Shown: one piece after another, positions 51,489 to 60,890 of the stretch | How positions within the stretch are numbered: the stretch's first letter is position 1 | How the letters are laid out: each line of letters starts with the position of its first letter | Origin: an uncultured Gammaproteobacteria bacterium | Lineage (GTDB): Bacteria; Patescibacteriota; Microgenomatia; Daviesbacterales; UBA10151 | Assembly (NCBI GenBank): GCA_964500725.1 | Contig: CAZCNP010000001.1 | Coordinates: 138,950 to 202,949, forward strand | Direction of reading: 5' to 3' | DNA: 64,000 bases | Notes under the pieces: model-generated | Databases searched by the model: none | Told to the model about the DNA's origin: nothing | The model's input: only the letters and a program-made list of their open reading frames with translations | Translations under genes and position numbers: made by a program

Positions 51489-52313
51489 ATGCAGCATCAG
51501 CAACTTGAAAACTGGCAAAAAATCCCTGAACTTAAAAGTCTTTTTGATCTCACAACAGCGCCTAAACAACTCTATTATTGCGGTGCTTTAAACCCTAAAA
51601 TTTTTAAACACTGCGTATCTGTTGTAGGCAGCCGCAAAATGACTGACTACGGCAGCCGTGTTATTGAAAAAATTATCCCTTCACTCGTTGCGGAAGGCAA
51701 AACTGTTGTTTCAGGTTTCATGTATGGAGTTGACCAATATGCCCACAGGATCTGCGCGGAAAGCGGAGGCAAAACTATCGCAGTTTTGGGATGGGGCATA
51801 AACACACCCCTTGCCGGAGAAGATCTTAAACTGGCCAAAAAAATTATTGACCAGGGAGGAATCTTACTTTCTGAATGGGAGACACAAAGAGCCGCTCACT
51901 GGACTTTTCCTGCAAGAAACAGGGTTGTGGCAGCTCTCTCTTCCGAAATTATTATTGTTGAGGCAGCCGAAAAAAGCGGTTCCCTTATTACAGCCGCTCT
52001 TGCCTCAAAACTTAAAAGGAAACTCTGGGCTGTCCCCGGACCTATTACCAGCCGCACCTCAAAAGGAACAAACCAACTAATCTCATCAGGTAAAGCACAG
52101 ATGTGGTTAGGTAAACCTGCTCAAATCACTTTTCTAAATACCGATAACGACCCAATCATCGATATTCTTCTTTCCGAGGCCTTATCTGCTGATGAAATCG
52201 CCCATAAGCTTAAATCCCCTGTTTCTGAAACAGGAGCAAAGCTATCAATCTTACTGCTCTCTGGTCAAGTCCTTGAAAAAGGAGGAAAATATTACATAGC
52301 CGATGCTAATTAA
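51489..52313 (+). CDS. dprA: DNA-processing protein DprA
   Basis: VVGSR, VSG...[22 protein letters not shown]. Confidence 0.92.
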   Translation: MQHQQLENWQKIPELKSLFDLTTAPKQLYYCGALNPKIFKHCVSVVGSRKMTDYGSRVIEKIIPSLVAEGKTVVSGFMYGVDQYAHRICAESGGKTIAVLGWGINTPLAGEDLKLAKKIIDQGGILLSEWETQRAAHWTFPARNRVVAALSSEIIIVEAAEKSGSLITAALASKLKRKLWAVPGPITSRTSKGTNQLISSGKAQMWLGKPAQITFLNTDNDPIIDILLSEALSADEIAHKLKSPVSETGAKLSILLLSGQVLEKGGKYYIADAN

Positions 52314-53376
52314 AATCCGTTCAATTGCCAATATTGGTTTAGAGACAATTCCTGTAGATATAGAAGTCGACGTGGCCTCAAGCGGCTTTCCGGGTTTTAC
52401 CATTGTTGGTCTGGCCAGCAAAGCTATTGAAGAAGCAAGGGAAAGAGTAAAAACAGCCATCATCAATTCCAAGCTGAATTTTCCTCCAAAGAAAATCACA
52501 GTTAACTTGGCTCCCGCTGATTTACCAAAAGACGGAGCAGCTTATGATTTACCAATCGCGCTTGGAATTCTTTTGGCAAGCGGACAGCTCAATATTCCGG
52601 ATAATCTTGACTTAAAAAAATCCTTCTTTTATGGAGAGTTATCGCTTGATGGAATGCTGCGGCCAACCAGAGGCATATTGCTTCTGGGTCTTTTTGCACA
52701 AAAAAACGGCTCCGTCACAAAGATTTTCGTGCCGGAAGCAAGCGCTTCTGAAGCAAGTATAGTAACCGGAATAAGGATTTTCCCGGTAAACACTTTATCA
52801 CAATTGGCCGAACATCTACTCGGCAAAGAAATGCACCCGTTAAAGATAAGAGCGATTGCAAAAGACGATGATCTTATTTTAGGAGAATATAACCTTTCGG
52901 AAATTGCCGGGCAGGAACAAGCAAAAAGAGCCTTGATTATAGCAGCTGCCGGCGGGCACAACCTTCTTATGTGGGGTCCTCCGGGAACCGGGAAGACAAT
53001 GCTCTCCCGCGCTTTACCGGGAATCCTTCCGCCACTCAATACATCAGAAGCTCTGGAAGTAACAAGAATTTACTCTGTTTCAGGTCTTTTAGATACCGGA
53101 CAACCTCTGATTTCTAGGCGGCCGTTCCGGGCGCCTCATCATGGCATTTCAAATGCAGGTATGATTGGCGGCGGCAGTAACCCCCTGCCCGGTGAAGTCA
53201 GTTTAGCCCATTTGGGTGTTTTATTCTTAGATGAAATGCCTGAATTTCCAAGAACAGTTTTGGAAAGCCTAAGACAACCTATGGAAGACGGAACTGTTGA
53301 GATTGTCCGCGTGGCAGGACACGTCAAATATCCAGCCTCCTTCACTTTGATTGCCGCAATTAATCCCTGCCCATAG
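52303..53376 (+). pseudogene. comM: comM/YifB Mg-chelatase-like ATPase, 5' part, interrupted by an integrated element
   Basis: [44 protein letters not shown]; ends abruptly at AAINPCP-stop. Confidence 0.92.
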
Positions 53377-53390
53377 GGGTATACATTGTT
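53355..53390. other. Left attachment junction (comM arm + CC + element arm ATAGGGGTATACATTGTT)
   Basis: Element arm is the inverted counterpart of the right arm AACAATGTCAACCCCTGT. Confidence 0.85.
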
Positions 53391-53453
53391 TGTTAATTGA
53401 AGCTAAAATTATTATAATTGCAAAACAAATATATTAGGAGTATCATTCAATCA

Positions 53454-53693
53454 ATGAAGAAGAAACTATTTTCTTTTATTATCGGTCTTGCTCTCGTCTT
53501 TACCTTTGTTTTGTCTTCTGCGTCTCCTGTCGATGCTTACTCATATAGGGTCAGAGGCTATACAAGATCAAATGGTACTTATGTAAACAGTTATTATAGA
53601 ACTAGCCCAAACTATACAAGATTTGATAATTATTCCACCCGAGGTAACTATAATCCTTATACTGGTAGATTTGGTACAAGAAGCCCTTGGTAA
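53454..53693 (+). CDS. Small secreted Tyr/Arg-rich protein
   Basis: Signal peptide (VDA) plus VRGYTRSNGTYV..YYRT.PN...DNYSTRGN.NPYTG. Confidence 0.7.
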   Translation: MKKKLFSFIIGLALVFTFVLSSASPVDAYSYRVRGYTRSNGTYVNSYYRTSPNYTRFDNYSTRGNYNPYTGRFGTRSPW

Positions 53694-53740
53694 CATCTTT
53701 TTCCTCCTAGATTATCCCTAGAGTAATACTGATAATATGA

Positions 53741-54301
53741 GTGGATATGACTAAACGTGATGTAGGTTTAATCTTTGCCGGGGCATTATTAGCTTCAGGC
53801 ATTATTTTTATCATTGTGGGCTTTATGTATAAAGATAGCCTGGGTGATTATATTCAAGCAAAATATATCCCACCTGCTTTTAATATTCCTAAGGAGGTTA
53901 ATAGAGATTTTGCTATAGATATAATTGACCGAGTAAATATTGTGCGCAAGAACGCTAATTTACAGCCTCTTAAGGAAAGCTCAGCCCTATCTTATGCAGC
54001 ATTTCTAAGAGCAAAAGAGATTTTAGCTAATCAGGAATTTAACCATTATGCTTCTGGTAGCGGAGATATAAAAGCCCAGAAAGCGGTTGAAGTAGTTGGA
54101 TACAGGTATAGCGAAGTGGGTGAGAACCTAGCCAGAGGATATGATGATCCTAATCTGGTAATTGAAGGGTGGTTGAATTCACCTGAACATAAACAGAATA
54201 TGCTTAAAATTAATTATAAAGAAGTGGGCGTAACGGTATTAGAAGGATTATTTCAAGGTAATAATGAAAACATTATTGTACTGTTACTAGGAAATCCGTA
54301 A
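53741..54301 (+). CDS. CAP/SCP domain protein
   Basis: N..R, FNHY, GENLARG, WLNSPEHKQNML. Confidence 0.88.
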   Translation: MDMTKRDVGLIFAGALLASGIIFIIVGFMYKDSLGDYIQAKYIPPAFNIPKEVNRDFAIDIIDRVNIVRKNANLQPLKESSALSYAAFLRAKEILANQEFNHYASGSGDIKAQKAVEVVGYRYSEVGENLARGYDDPNLVIEGWLNSPEHKQNMLKINYKEVGVTVLEGLFQGNNENIIVLLLGNP

Positions 54302-54309
54302 GAATATAC

Positions 54310-54516
54310 TTAATCAAAGAGTTCTTTTACAGGTATTTTCAGTGCTTTTGCAATCGCATTTATTCTTTTTATTGACGGATTTCTCTTTCCGGCCTCGATC
54401 TCGTTTAAATAGCTGTAATCAATCTTTGATTCATAAGCTAGATCTTCCTGGGTCATCTTTTTGGCTCTTCTCACAGCCCTAATCCTTTTACCTAGTGCTT
54501 CATTAATATTGGCCAT
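54310..54516 (-). CDS. XRE-family HTH regulator (controller-protein-like)
   Basis: GKRIR..R..MTQEDLAY...YL..IE.G.RNPS. Confidence 0.88.
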   Translation of the reverse strand: MANINEALGKRIRAVRRAKKMTQEDLAYESKIDYSYLNEIEAGKRNPSIKRINAIAKALKIPVKELFD

Positions 54517-54551
54517 AAACGAATTATGGCTTTGATATTAAGAAAGTTGTA

Positions 54552-54581
54552 TTGACTATAGTCCAAGATTAGGCATATACT
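54552..54581 (+). promoter_or_regulatory. Promoter with a GACTATAGTC palindrome over its -35 box
   Basis: TTGACT-N18-TATACT; palindrome at 54554-54563 between the divergent XRE and cargo genes. Confidence 0.55.
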
Positions 54582-54592
54582 CACCTTAAGAA

Positions 54593-55375
54593 ATGAAAAG
54601 AATAAAAATAGCACTATTTGCTTTATTGTTAAGCATTGCTGTTTTTGTATTTAATCCTGGTTTAACTCTAGCTCAACAAGGATGTTGCTCCTGGCATGGA
54701 GGGATCTCTTATTGCGATTCAAGTGTTGGTACATATGTCTGCAATGATGGTACATATAGTCCCAGTTGTGGTTGTTATAAAGCACTTCCCCCAACTCCTA
54801 CATTTCCTCAAATGAATGCTACTTGGAATTTTTCCGCAAATACTAATGGTACGTATGACGTAAAAGTAGATCTAGATGACAGTAATCCCTCAAGATATAG
54901 CGTAGTCTTAAGTAAGATATTAGGTGGAGACCCGGGGCCATTGGTAGACTATACGAGTCCTGCATTTACTTTTAAAAATATTTATCCTGGCACTTGGTAC
55001 ATGAACACTAAAAAAGATATAAACAATACTTGGTCTACGGTTGCATATTGGAAGATAATTGTTCCCGAGTGGATTGCTCCTACACCAATGCCCATACCTA
55101 TAACTACACCTCCACCAATCGCAGTTACGCCTAACAGTAATGAGTCCTTGCTTAGTTCCTTTTTCCAATGGTTGTTTAACAGAAACAAAAGTGAGAACAT
55201 CGCTGCACCTACTTCAACCCCTACTCCAAAACAGGCTCCTTATAAATGTAACTGTGCAAAGACTTGTACGCAGATTTCTACATGTGCTGAAGCTTATTAT
55301 CAACTAAATACTTGTGGGTGCTCCGTCAGAGATGGTGACGATGATGGTATCCCTTGCGAAAGTTTGTGCAATTAG
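54593..55375 (+). CDS. Secreted protein with GCCSWHGG N-terminal motif and excalibur Ca-binding domain
   Basis: Signal peptide; C-terminal C.Q..TCAEAY...DGDDDGIPCE. Confidence 0.8.
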   Translation: MKRIKIALFALLLSIAVFVFNPGLTLAQQGCCSWHGGISYCDSSVGTYVCNDGTYSPSCGCYKALPPTPTFPQMNATWNFSANTNGTYDVKVDLDDSNPSRYSVVLSKILGGDPGPLVDYTSPAFTFKNIYPGTWYMNTKKDINNTWSTVAYWKIIVPEWIAPTPMPIPITTPPPIAVTPNSNESLLSSFFQWLFNRNKSENIAAPTSTPTPKQAPYKCNCAKTCTQISTCAEAYYQLNTCGCSVRDGDDDGIPCESLCN

Positions 55376-55387
55376 ATTTATAAGACT

Positions 55388-55726
55388 ATGAAATGGATTA
55401 TTGGAATAACCGCTTTTTTTCTTCTAATTTCCTTAATTTTTAATACTTCGTCCAATTCCAGTAGTACAAAAAATGATACTTCAGTAACAACTACCGTTGA
55501 TTATCCTGATGAAAATATTGAGTCAGATCAAACAGAAGAAGATGTTAATATAGATTCTGGTCCAACAGAATTTAATGGGTATCCTTGTACAGGTGATTGT
55601 AGCGGACATGAAGCAGGATATGAATGGGCTGAAGAACACGGTATAACACAAGACGATGTTGACAATTATTCAGGTAATTCCAATTCTTTTATGGAAGGAA
55701 TGCAATCATATGTTGATGAGAACTAA
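55388..55726 (+). CDS. Small exported acidic protein
   Basis: N-terminal TM; CTGDCSGHEAGYEWA. Confidence 0.65.
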   Translation: MKWIIGITAFFLLISLIFNTSSNSSSTKNDTSVTTTVDYPDENIESDQTEEDVNIDSGPTEFNGYPCTGDCSGHEAGYEWAEEHGITQDDVDNYSGNSNSFMEGMQSYVDEN

Positions 55727-55794
55727 TAGAAAAGATGCTGCCTATGAAAACCGTTAGAATACTATATATGGCATATATAGTATAAACTTGGATT

Positions 55795-56130
55795 ATGAGT
55801 AGAATATTTTTAAGCCTTATTATCTATGCCACATTAATTTTGGCTACATTTACTCTTGGATTAAAAGTAAACAATTTTAGCAATAAAATCAATTTATTTT
55901 GTTTAGCGTTTTTTGCCCTTGTTGCAATGTTTGCTTTTGATAGAATTTCAGACCCTAATATAAAAATCCTTTACTCGTTATGTTTGGTCATTGCTAGTGG
56001 GGTAGGAAGATATGGGACGCAAATGATCGAAAAGAAAAGCAACCGTTTGCATGGTGATGAATATGCGAATATTAGACAATTGATTTACGTAGTTGTATTT
56101 ATCTTTGGTTTATTGGGACTGATTGCCTAG
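55795..56130 (+). CDS. Small membrane protein
   Basis: About 4 TM helices. Confidence 0.55.
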   Translation: MSRIFLSLIIYATLILATFTLGLKVNNFSNKINLFCLAFFALVAMFAFDRISDPNIKILYSLCLVIASGVGRYGTQMIEKKSNRLHGDEYANIRQLIYVVVFIFGLLGLIA

Positions 56131-56169
56131 ACGGTTAATATTGGTAATTTGGATTTATTGAAATTAGTT

Positions 56170-56490
56170 ATGAACAAAGCAAAAACAGAAATAGAAAATT
56201 TAAAGACTGAGCTTTCGGGACTTAAAATAAGAGTTCAAAGAATTGAGGACTTTTTACTTGAACTGCCTAACGCTGAAGGATATATTCACCAATCACAAGT
56301 TGATGATTTATTCGAAGAGGCTAAAAAAACAGCACTTAAATACAATTTGGTAAGTGCATCCTTACTACAAAGAAGGTTAAAGGTTGGTTATGCCAGAGCT
56401 GCCAGAATCCTTGATGAGTTGGAGGAGGCAGAAATAGTAGGTCCAGGCGAAGGTGGCAAGCCAAGAAAAGTTCTAAGCTCAAAGGTTTAA
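56170..56490 (+). CDS. Stand-alone FtsK gamma-domain protein with N-terminal coiled coil
   Basis: DDLFEEA...SASLLQRRLKVGYARAARILDELE...VGP..G.KPR.VL. Confidence 0.85.
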   Translation: MNKAKTEIENLKTELSGLKIRVQRIEDFLLELPNAEGYIHQSQVDDLFEEAKKTALKYNLVSASLLQRRLKVGYARAARILDELEEAEIVGPGEGGKPRKVLSSKV

Positions 56491-56499
56491 ATAAAAAAT

Positions 56500-56796
56500 A
56501 TGAAGAAGCATACAAAGCTTTTTTATCGTGCTATCGCCAGGATTAGAGCAGTAGGAGAAAAAAATGGAATGGTTTATCTAAGTCGCATTAAGACTGCGAT
56601 GGGTACGGGTTATACCAGAGCATATAATCTTCATGTTGAATTAATTGAAGCAGGAATAATAGAAAAGCCTAATTTTGCTGATATAGATAAAAAAAGGACT
56701 AAGGGAAATATTATTTGGAAAAATCTAAGTAAGTTTAGGGTTCCGAGGGGGATTACAGAAAAAGAAAAAGCTAGAGTTGAAGAAGAAAGAAGTTAA
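56500..56796 (+). CDS. Divergent FtsK-gamma-like winged-helix protein
   Basis: SRIKTAMGTGYTRAYNL..EL.EAGII parallels the FtsK gamma GY.RA motif. Confidence 0.55.
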   Translation: MKKHTKLFYRAIARIRAVGEKNGMVYLSRIKTAMGTGYTRAYNLHVELIEAGIIEKPNFADIDKKRTKGNIIWKNLSKFRVPRGITEKEKARVEEERS

Positions 56797-57155
56797 AAAG
56801 TTGAATTACTTAGTTTATTTTCTATTTCATCCAACCTTTTAACAATATCCGAAGCCTCATAAGCATCTAACCAGCATCTTGTTAGAAAGCCCATTGAGCT
56901 ACCAACTGGAACAGGCACACCTTCAGCCCAAACTCCATTAATAACTTTACCTAAGAATCTTTTAACATCCTCCGGTGTTTCCAGCCTCACAGTCTTGCCA
57001 TAGAAGCCCTGTAAAGCCCTATTACGACCACCTTTACTGCTTGCTACCAATTTAGCCTCATTGCTTGTAGGATCGTGCCTGAAACAAAATTCCTTATCTT
57101 TTTGTGCAAAGGCTTGGCACTGTTGGTTATTATTTAATATCTTTTTGCATTTCAT
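56793..57155 (-). CDS. Hypothetical protein with N-terminal Cys/His motif
   Basis: C-x9-C-x9-C-x2-HDP...SKGG; last gene of the replicase operon. Confidence 0.6.
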   Translation of the reverse strand: MKCKKILNNNQQCQAFAQKDKEFCFRHDPTSNEAKLVASSKGGRNRALQGFYGKTVRLETPEDVKRFLGKVINGVWAEGVPVPVGSSMGFLTRCWLDAYEASDIVKRLDEIENKLSNSTF

Positions 57156-57460
57156 TGTGCTATTAATTTACCCAAAATTGGAATAGGTATAGGAACACCA
57201 CCTGTTCTAGCTAATTCCAGTAATTCCGGTAATTCCTCTTTATCTACAATAGGTGAACCAATACACTCTTTCCCTCTGAAAAATACCCATATATCAGATG
57301 ATTTACATCCTGCACATTCAGTACCTAAGCTATGTTGTTTATGTTCTTGTGAGCAGACGCAAGGCTTCTCACCACAAATACAAACCCAAATAGGCTCATT
57401 CGGGCTACTTATAATGCTAACTTTCTTCTCCAAATTGTTCACTCTTGTTATAGTATTCAT
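57152..57460 (-). CDS. Hypothetical Cys-rich protein
   Basis: Coupled ORF; CIC..PCVC..CAGC. Confidence 0.55.
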   Translation of the reverse strand: MNTITRVNNLEKKVSIISSPNEPIWVCICGEKPCVCSQEHKQHSLGTECAGCKSSDIWVFFRGKECIGSPIVDKEELPELLELARTGGVPIPIPILGKLIAQ

Positions 57461-57795
57461 AGTTCTGTTAAAGCAAGACTATCAAAAGTGTCTTGGCTAG
57501 TTAAAATAATCTCCATAAAGCCTTCGCCTTTTCTTATAATATTCTCTAATTCCTCTATTTCTTTTTGAACCTCTTGTTCGTTCTCGTTTCTTTCTTTTGC
57601 TAGTTTTAGAATGTGGTTTTGATAATTATTCCATTCCTGAAGGGTTACAAGATCTTTACCATCATTTTGATTAACATGATTAGCAAAACCATACTTCCAA
57701 CGATCCATTTTAACAATTAATTCATAAGTAGTATTTTTTGGCTGTACCTTATTCAACTGTTTCTTTATCTGTCTAATCCTACTCATTACCTTCAT
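57457..57795 (-). CDS. Hypothetical protein
   Basis: Coupled ORF in the element operon. Confidence 0.55.
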   Translation of the reverse strand: MKVMSRIRQIKKQLNKVQPKNTTYELIVKMDRWKYGFANHVNQNDGKDLVTLQEWNNYQNHILKLAKERNENEQEVQKEIEELENIIRKGEGFMEIILTSQDTFDSLALTEL

Positions 57796-57984
57796 TTATT
57801 GTCCCCCTTCAATTATTCGGTCTAGATCTTGATCACTTAGGTCTTTTAGCTTGTCGCAGTAACTGATCCCGTATTTTATTTTAAGCTCAATAGGAATGTC
57901 CAATTCTTCTGGAGTTGGTAATTTTTTCCGACTAAGAATCTGGTCAATTTTTTTATTTAGCTGTTTAATCTGTTGTCTATTCAT
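57796..57984 (-). CDS. Small hypothetical protein
   Basis: 62 aa; LKDLSDQDL motif. Confidence 0.5.
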   Translation of the reverse strand: MNRQQIKQLNKKIDQILSRKKLPTPEELDIPIELKIKYGISYCDKLKDLSDQDLDRIIEGGQ

Positions 57985-57986
57985 AA

Positions 57987-60191
57987 CTAAGTTATAGGGG
58001 GTACCCCCTCGCCTGTTTCTCCAGTTTTATCGTTAGAGCTTATTCCGCTATTTCCGCTTTTTCCGCCATCCTCATTTGAATCGTTTGTGCTTAGGGTGTT
58101 TGATTGTTCGATATATTGGTTTAATTTATCTAAATACTTTATTCTTGAATGCGGATGCTGATTAAGGGGATTAAGCTGAAAAAGCTCCTTAGGTCTACCG
58201 CTTGTGATTTCCTTAGTAACCTTAATCCTGTTTATCTTTAATAGAGATGCAATCGAGCTTGAGATTTGTTCTGAGCTCTTATGACCCCCGAAATAATCAT
58301 TAAGTGCAGTTTTAGTCAAACCTTGAGGGTTCTTTTTCAACGCAGTTAAGATTTCATTACCCAAAAGGTCACCAACACTGTTTTGAAAAATATACTCTAG
58401 GGATTCAACCGCATAATCAATTATTGCGACAGCTGCTTTTAAGTGCTCAACTCTAATCTCCTTAGACAGATCTAAAAGGCAATAGAGACAGGCAAGTCTA
58501 ATGGTATAAGGCTCAATCCTTGCTGACATCGCACCAACAAGACCGGGTATATCAGTAGTCAAGTCATGGTATATTTTTGTCCATAGGGGGTTAGCCTCTT
58601 TTGACCACCTAATTTCGTCATTCTTCCACATATCGCCCCACTGGTTTGTTTTGTCTATTTCGTCTGCTGTCCACCCATCCCTATTTTGACCCTGCGCAAA
58701 GAGGACCGCTTTTTTAAGCTGTTCCCTTACTGGTGCCACGTCTTCGTCTATGAGATTTCCTCCATGAGGAAGCTCCTTTGAACGCCTTTGGCAAAACCAT
58801 AGGAATCGGTTGCAGAATCCATTAGCCATCTCTGTCCCTGTGAGATACCGGAGCAACTCATCCCGGGTAATGTGACCAATAATGGCAATATGGGTGTTTG
58901 TAGCTTTAAGCGGCGCATTTCTGGTAAGGGTTCTTAGGTCCCCTCGATCCCAAGCACTCCTAATAATGGGGCTCAGCGTATTACCTTCCCTGGACATAAC
59001 CTTTAAAGTTGATGCAAACTCTTCTTCAACTAAAAGTAGTCGCTTATCTTTTATACCTTCCTCAACCACAATCTCTTCCCCGTCCTTTATTTTTGCTGTA
59101 GCATCTCTAACTGCATTAATTAACCCTTCGCCACTAGAGGACCCGGATACGATATTATTGTTCTCCCATTCTTCGTCAACCTCTCCAAAAAATCTCCGCA
59201 CCCGGTTTAACGCAGTTCCTTTGCGTGCCTTTGAAGTATCACCAACATAAACGGAAAACAGTTTTAGTTTATGCTTTGTTGCCTCAATCTGGAAAAACGG
59301 GCCGTTCCCAATGATAGAACCAAAGACGGTTAAGAAGTTAATAAGTAGCGCAACAGGATCTGACTCTGTATGAGGTTCAACTAACTTTACAAAATCACCT
59401 GCCAGCCCATGATATGCAGCTGGATCAAGAGGAGAGGGCCATTCTATTTCTAGGTTTTCAATATTATTTTCTCTAGATTCTCTTGAGCCTTTTTCTTTAC
59501 TAGCTATAGATTGAAAGGTAGCCCACAATTCCGTCTCAGCTAAGGGCGGCTGATTTTTGAGGTTCCAACCCCTTACTAAATCCCAACAAGAGGTAAGCCA
59601 GTCGCTCTCTGGAAATTTGCTTAGGAGTTTTCCTATAATGGATGCTGCAGATTCGTTTCTTTTGCCCTCGGGTACACCCTTAAGTACTTCGGGATTAAAT
59701 TTTGAAGCTCTTGAATTATTTAAGAACCTTTCTGGAAGCTTGGCAAAATTATTTAAAAAAGGTGTAGTAAGCCATTTGTATTTGTTTCCTGAAGCATGAA
59801 CAGATGGAGCTATTATAATATAACCACCTTCGGCTTTTAGATCGATTCCTGGTTCAATACCATTTTGAGAATGACAATTCCCATTATATTCATAGAGGTA
59901 GTGCCAACCTCCACCGCCGGTCTGAGCCTTAACAGTATCAGTTAAACCTTCGGTTGAGCCTCCATGGCGGGGATCAATATCAACTACAGTAATGCCGGCA
60001 AGTTTACCTGTTACAACACCTATATTCGCCCAAGGCCATAGCGTCCACCAATTTTCTACCTCCTCTATTGTCGGTAGTCTGCCCTGGTAATCTTTCCAAG
60101 ACTCAACGCAGGGTTTTTTGCTGCTTGGGTTTATGGGGATTACCGGCCAGTTTTTTGCGAGGTATTTTACTGCTGCTTCTTTGAGTGTCAT
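57987..60191 (-). CDS. Bifunctional primase/polymerase + PriCT + DUF3987-like helicase/replication protein
   Basis: NIGVVTG, VVDIDPRHGG, TGGGGWHY, APSVH.SG..Y.W; EGKRN; GDTSKARKG, SSGEGL, NGF.NRF. Confidence 0.85.
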   Translation of the reverse strand: MTLKEAAVKYLAKNWPVIPINPSSKKPCVESWKDYQGRLPTIEEVENWWTLWPWANIGVVTGKLAGITVVDIDPRHGGSTEGLTDTVKAQTGGGGWHYLYEYNGNCHSQNGIEPGIDLKAEGGYIIIAPSVHASGNKYKWLTTPFLNNFAKLPERFLNNSRASKFNPEVLKGVPEGKRNESAASIIGKLLSKFPESDWLTSCWDLVRGWNLKNQPPLAETELWATFQSIASKEKGSRESRENNIENLEIEWPSPLDPAAYHGLAGDFVKLVEPHTESDPVALLINFLTVFGSIIGNGPFFQIEATKHKLKLFSVYVGDTSKARKGTALNRVRRFFGEVDEEWENNNIVSGSSSGEGLINAVRDATAKIKDGEEIVVEEGIKDKRLLLVEEEFASTLKVMSREGNTLSPIIRSAWDRGDLRTLTRNAPLKATNTHIAIIGHITRDELLRYLTGTEMANGFCNRFLWFCQRRSKELPHGGNLIDEDVAPVREQLKKAVLFAQGQNRDGWTADEIDKTNQWGDMWKNDEIRWSKEANPLWTKIYHDLTTDIPGLVGAMSARIEPYTIRLACLYCLLDLSKEIRVEHLKAAVAIIDYAVESLEYIFQNSVGDLLGNEILTALKKNPQGLTKTALNDYFGGHKSSEQISSSIASLLKINRIKVTKEITSGRPKELFQLNPLNQHPHSRIKYLDKLNQYIEQSNTLSTNDSNEDGGKSGNSGISSNDKTGETGEGVPPIT

Positions 60192-60415
60192 GGAAGTTTA
60201 ATCTCCTCTAACAGCCTGTTAAACTTGTCCATTAATTCTGAAGTTTGGGGGGCAAAGCGGATGTATCTTTTGCAGCTACCACAGGATTCTTTAATTTGAG
60301 GAATATACTTTATGTACCCTTGGTTATAGGAAATTAATTTGAGAGTAAAAATTCTATCTTCCTCAGCACAATTGGGGCAAGGTTTGGTAGACTCAATTAA
60401 TATAAGATCAGTCAT
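60188..60415 (-). CDS. Small zinc-ribbon protein
   Basis: CPNC...CGSC; AAGGAG SD upstream; overlaps the Prim-Pol start. Confidence 0.65.
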   Translation of the reverse strand: MTDLILIESTKPCPNCAEEDRIFTLKLISYNQGYIKYIPQIKESCGSCKRYIRFAPQTSELMDKFNRLLEEIKLP

Positions 60416-60591
60416 GGCTAATCTCCTTAAATAAACCTACAAGATTGTCGGTAATGATCTTTTGGGTGAGGATAGAAATATTTTTATCCAAATTAGAAGT
60501 TACCCGGAAGCTTTGGGTTCTGTCTTTATTAATTCTTTTAAGCGTTAGGTTATGTTTATTTTGCATATTATGCTTTTAACTTAAGGTGGTT

Positions 60592-60765
60592 TTATCCTCT
60601 AATCTCCTCTGCTGGAACTAAAATGTATCCCTTGCCATCACAGCCATGACAAATCTGCTTCTGCCAATTCACCCTGCCGAATCCCGCACATACGGGGCAC
60701 TTTTGTGCAATTGATTTTGCTTTTATTTTTTCAATCTTTACTTCGAATTGTTTTTGAAAATCCAT
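60592..60765 (-). CDS. 57-aa DnaJ-type zinc-finger protein (missed by the ORF track)
   Basis: Hand translation MDFQKQFEVKIEKIKAKSIAQKCPVCAGFGRVNWQKQICHGCDGKGYILVPAEEIRG; strong SD AGGAGGTAGGAG. Confidence 0.75.
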   Translation of the reverse strand: MDFQKQFEVKIEKIKAKSIAQKCPVCAGFGRVNWQKQICHGCDGKGYILVPAEEIRG

Positions 60766-60789
60766 CTCCTACCTCCTATTTCAGCCCAT

Positions 60790-60818
60790 AAAAAAACCAC
60801 AGGTTTTACCCTGTGGTT
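60790..60818 (-). terminator. Intrinsic terminator between the recombinase gene and the replication operon
   Basis: AACCACAGG-GTAAAA-CCTGTGGTT-TTTTT on the minus strand. Confidence 0.7.
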
Positions 60819-60890
60819 GCCGGCTGTTTTGCCGGATGACCAGACTAAAAGGACATTAACTTAAAAGTAACTATATGTCAAGAAAGCAAA

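Noticed and set aside
60408-60566. 52-aa ORF (MQNKHNLTLKR...) in the element operon
   Set aside because: Open and co-oriented, but with no SD or recognisable motif; not supportable as a gene
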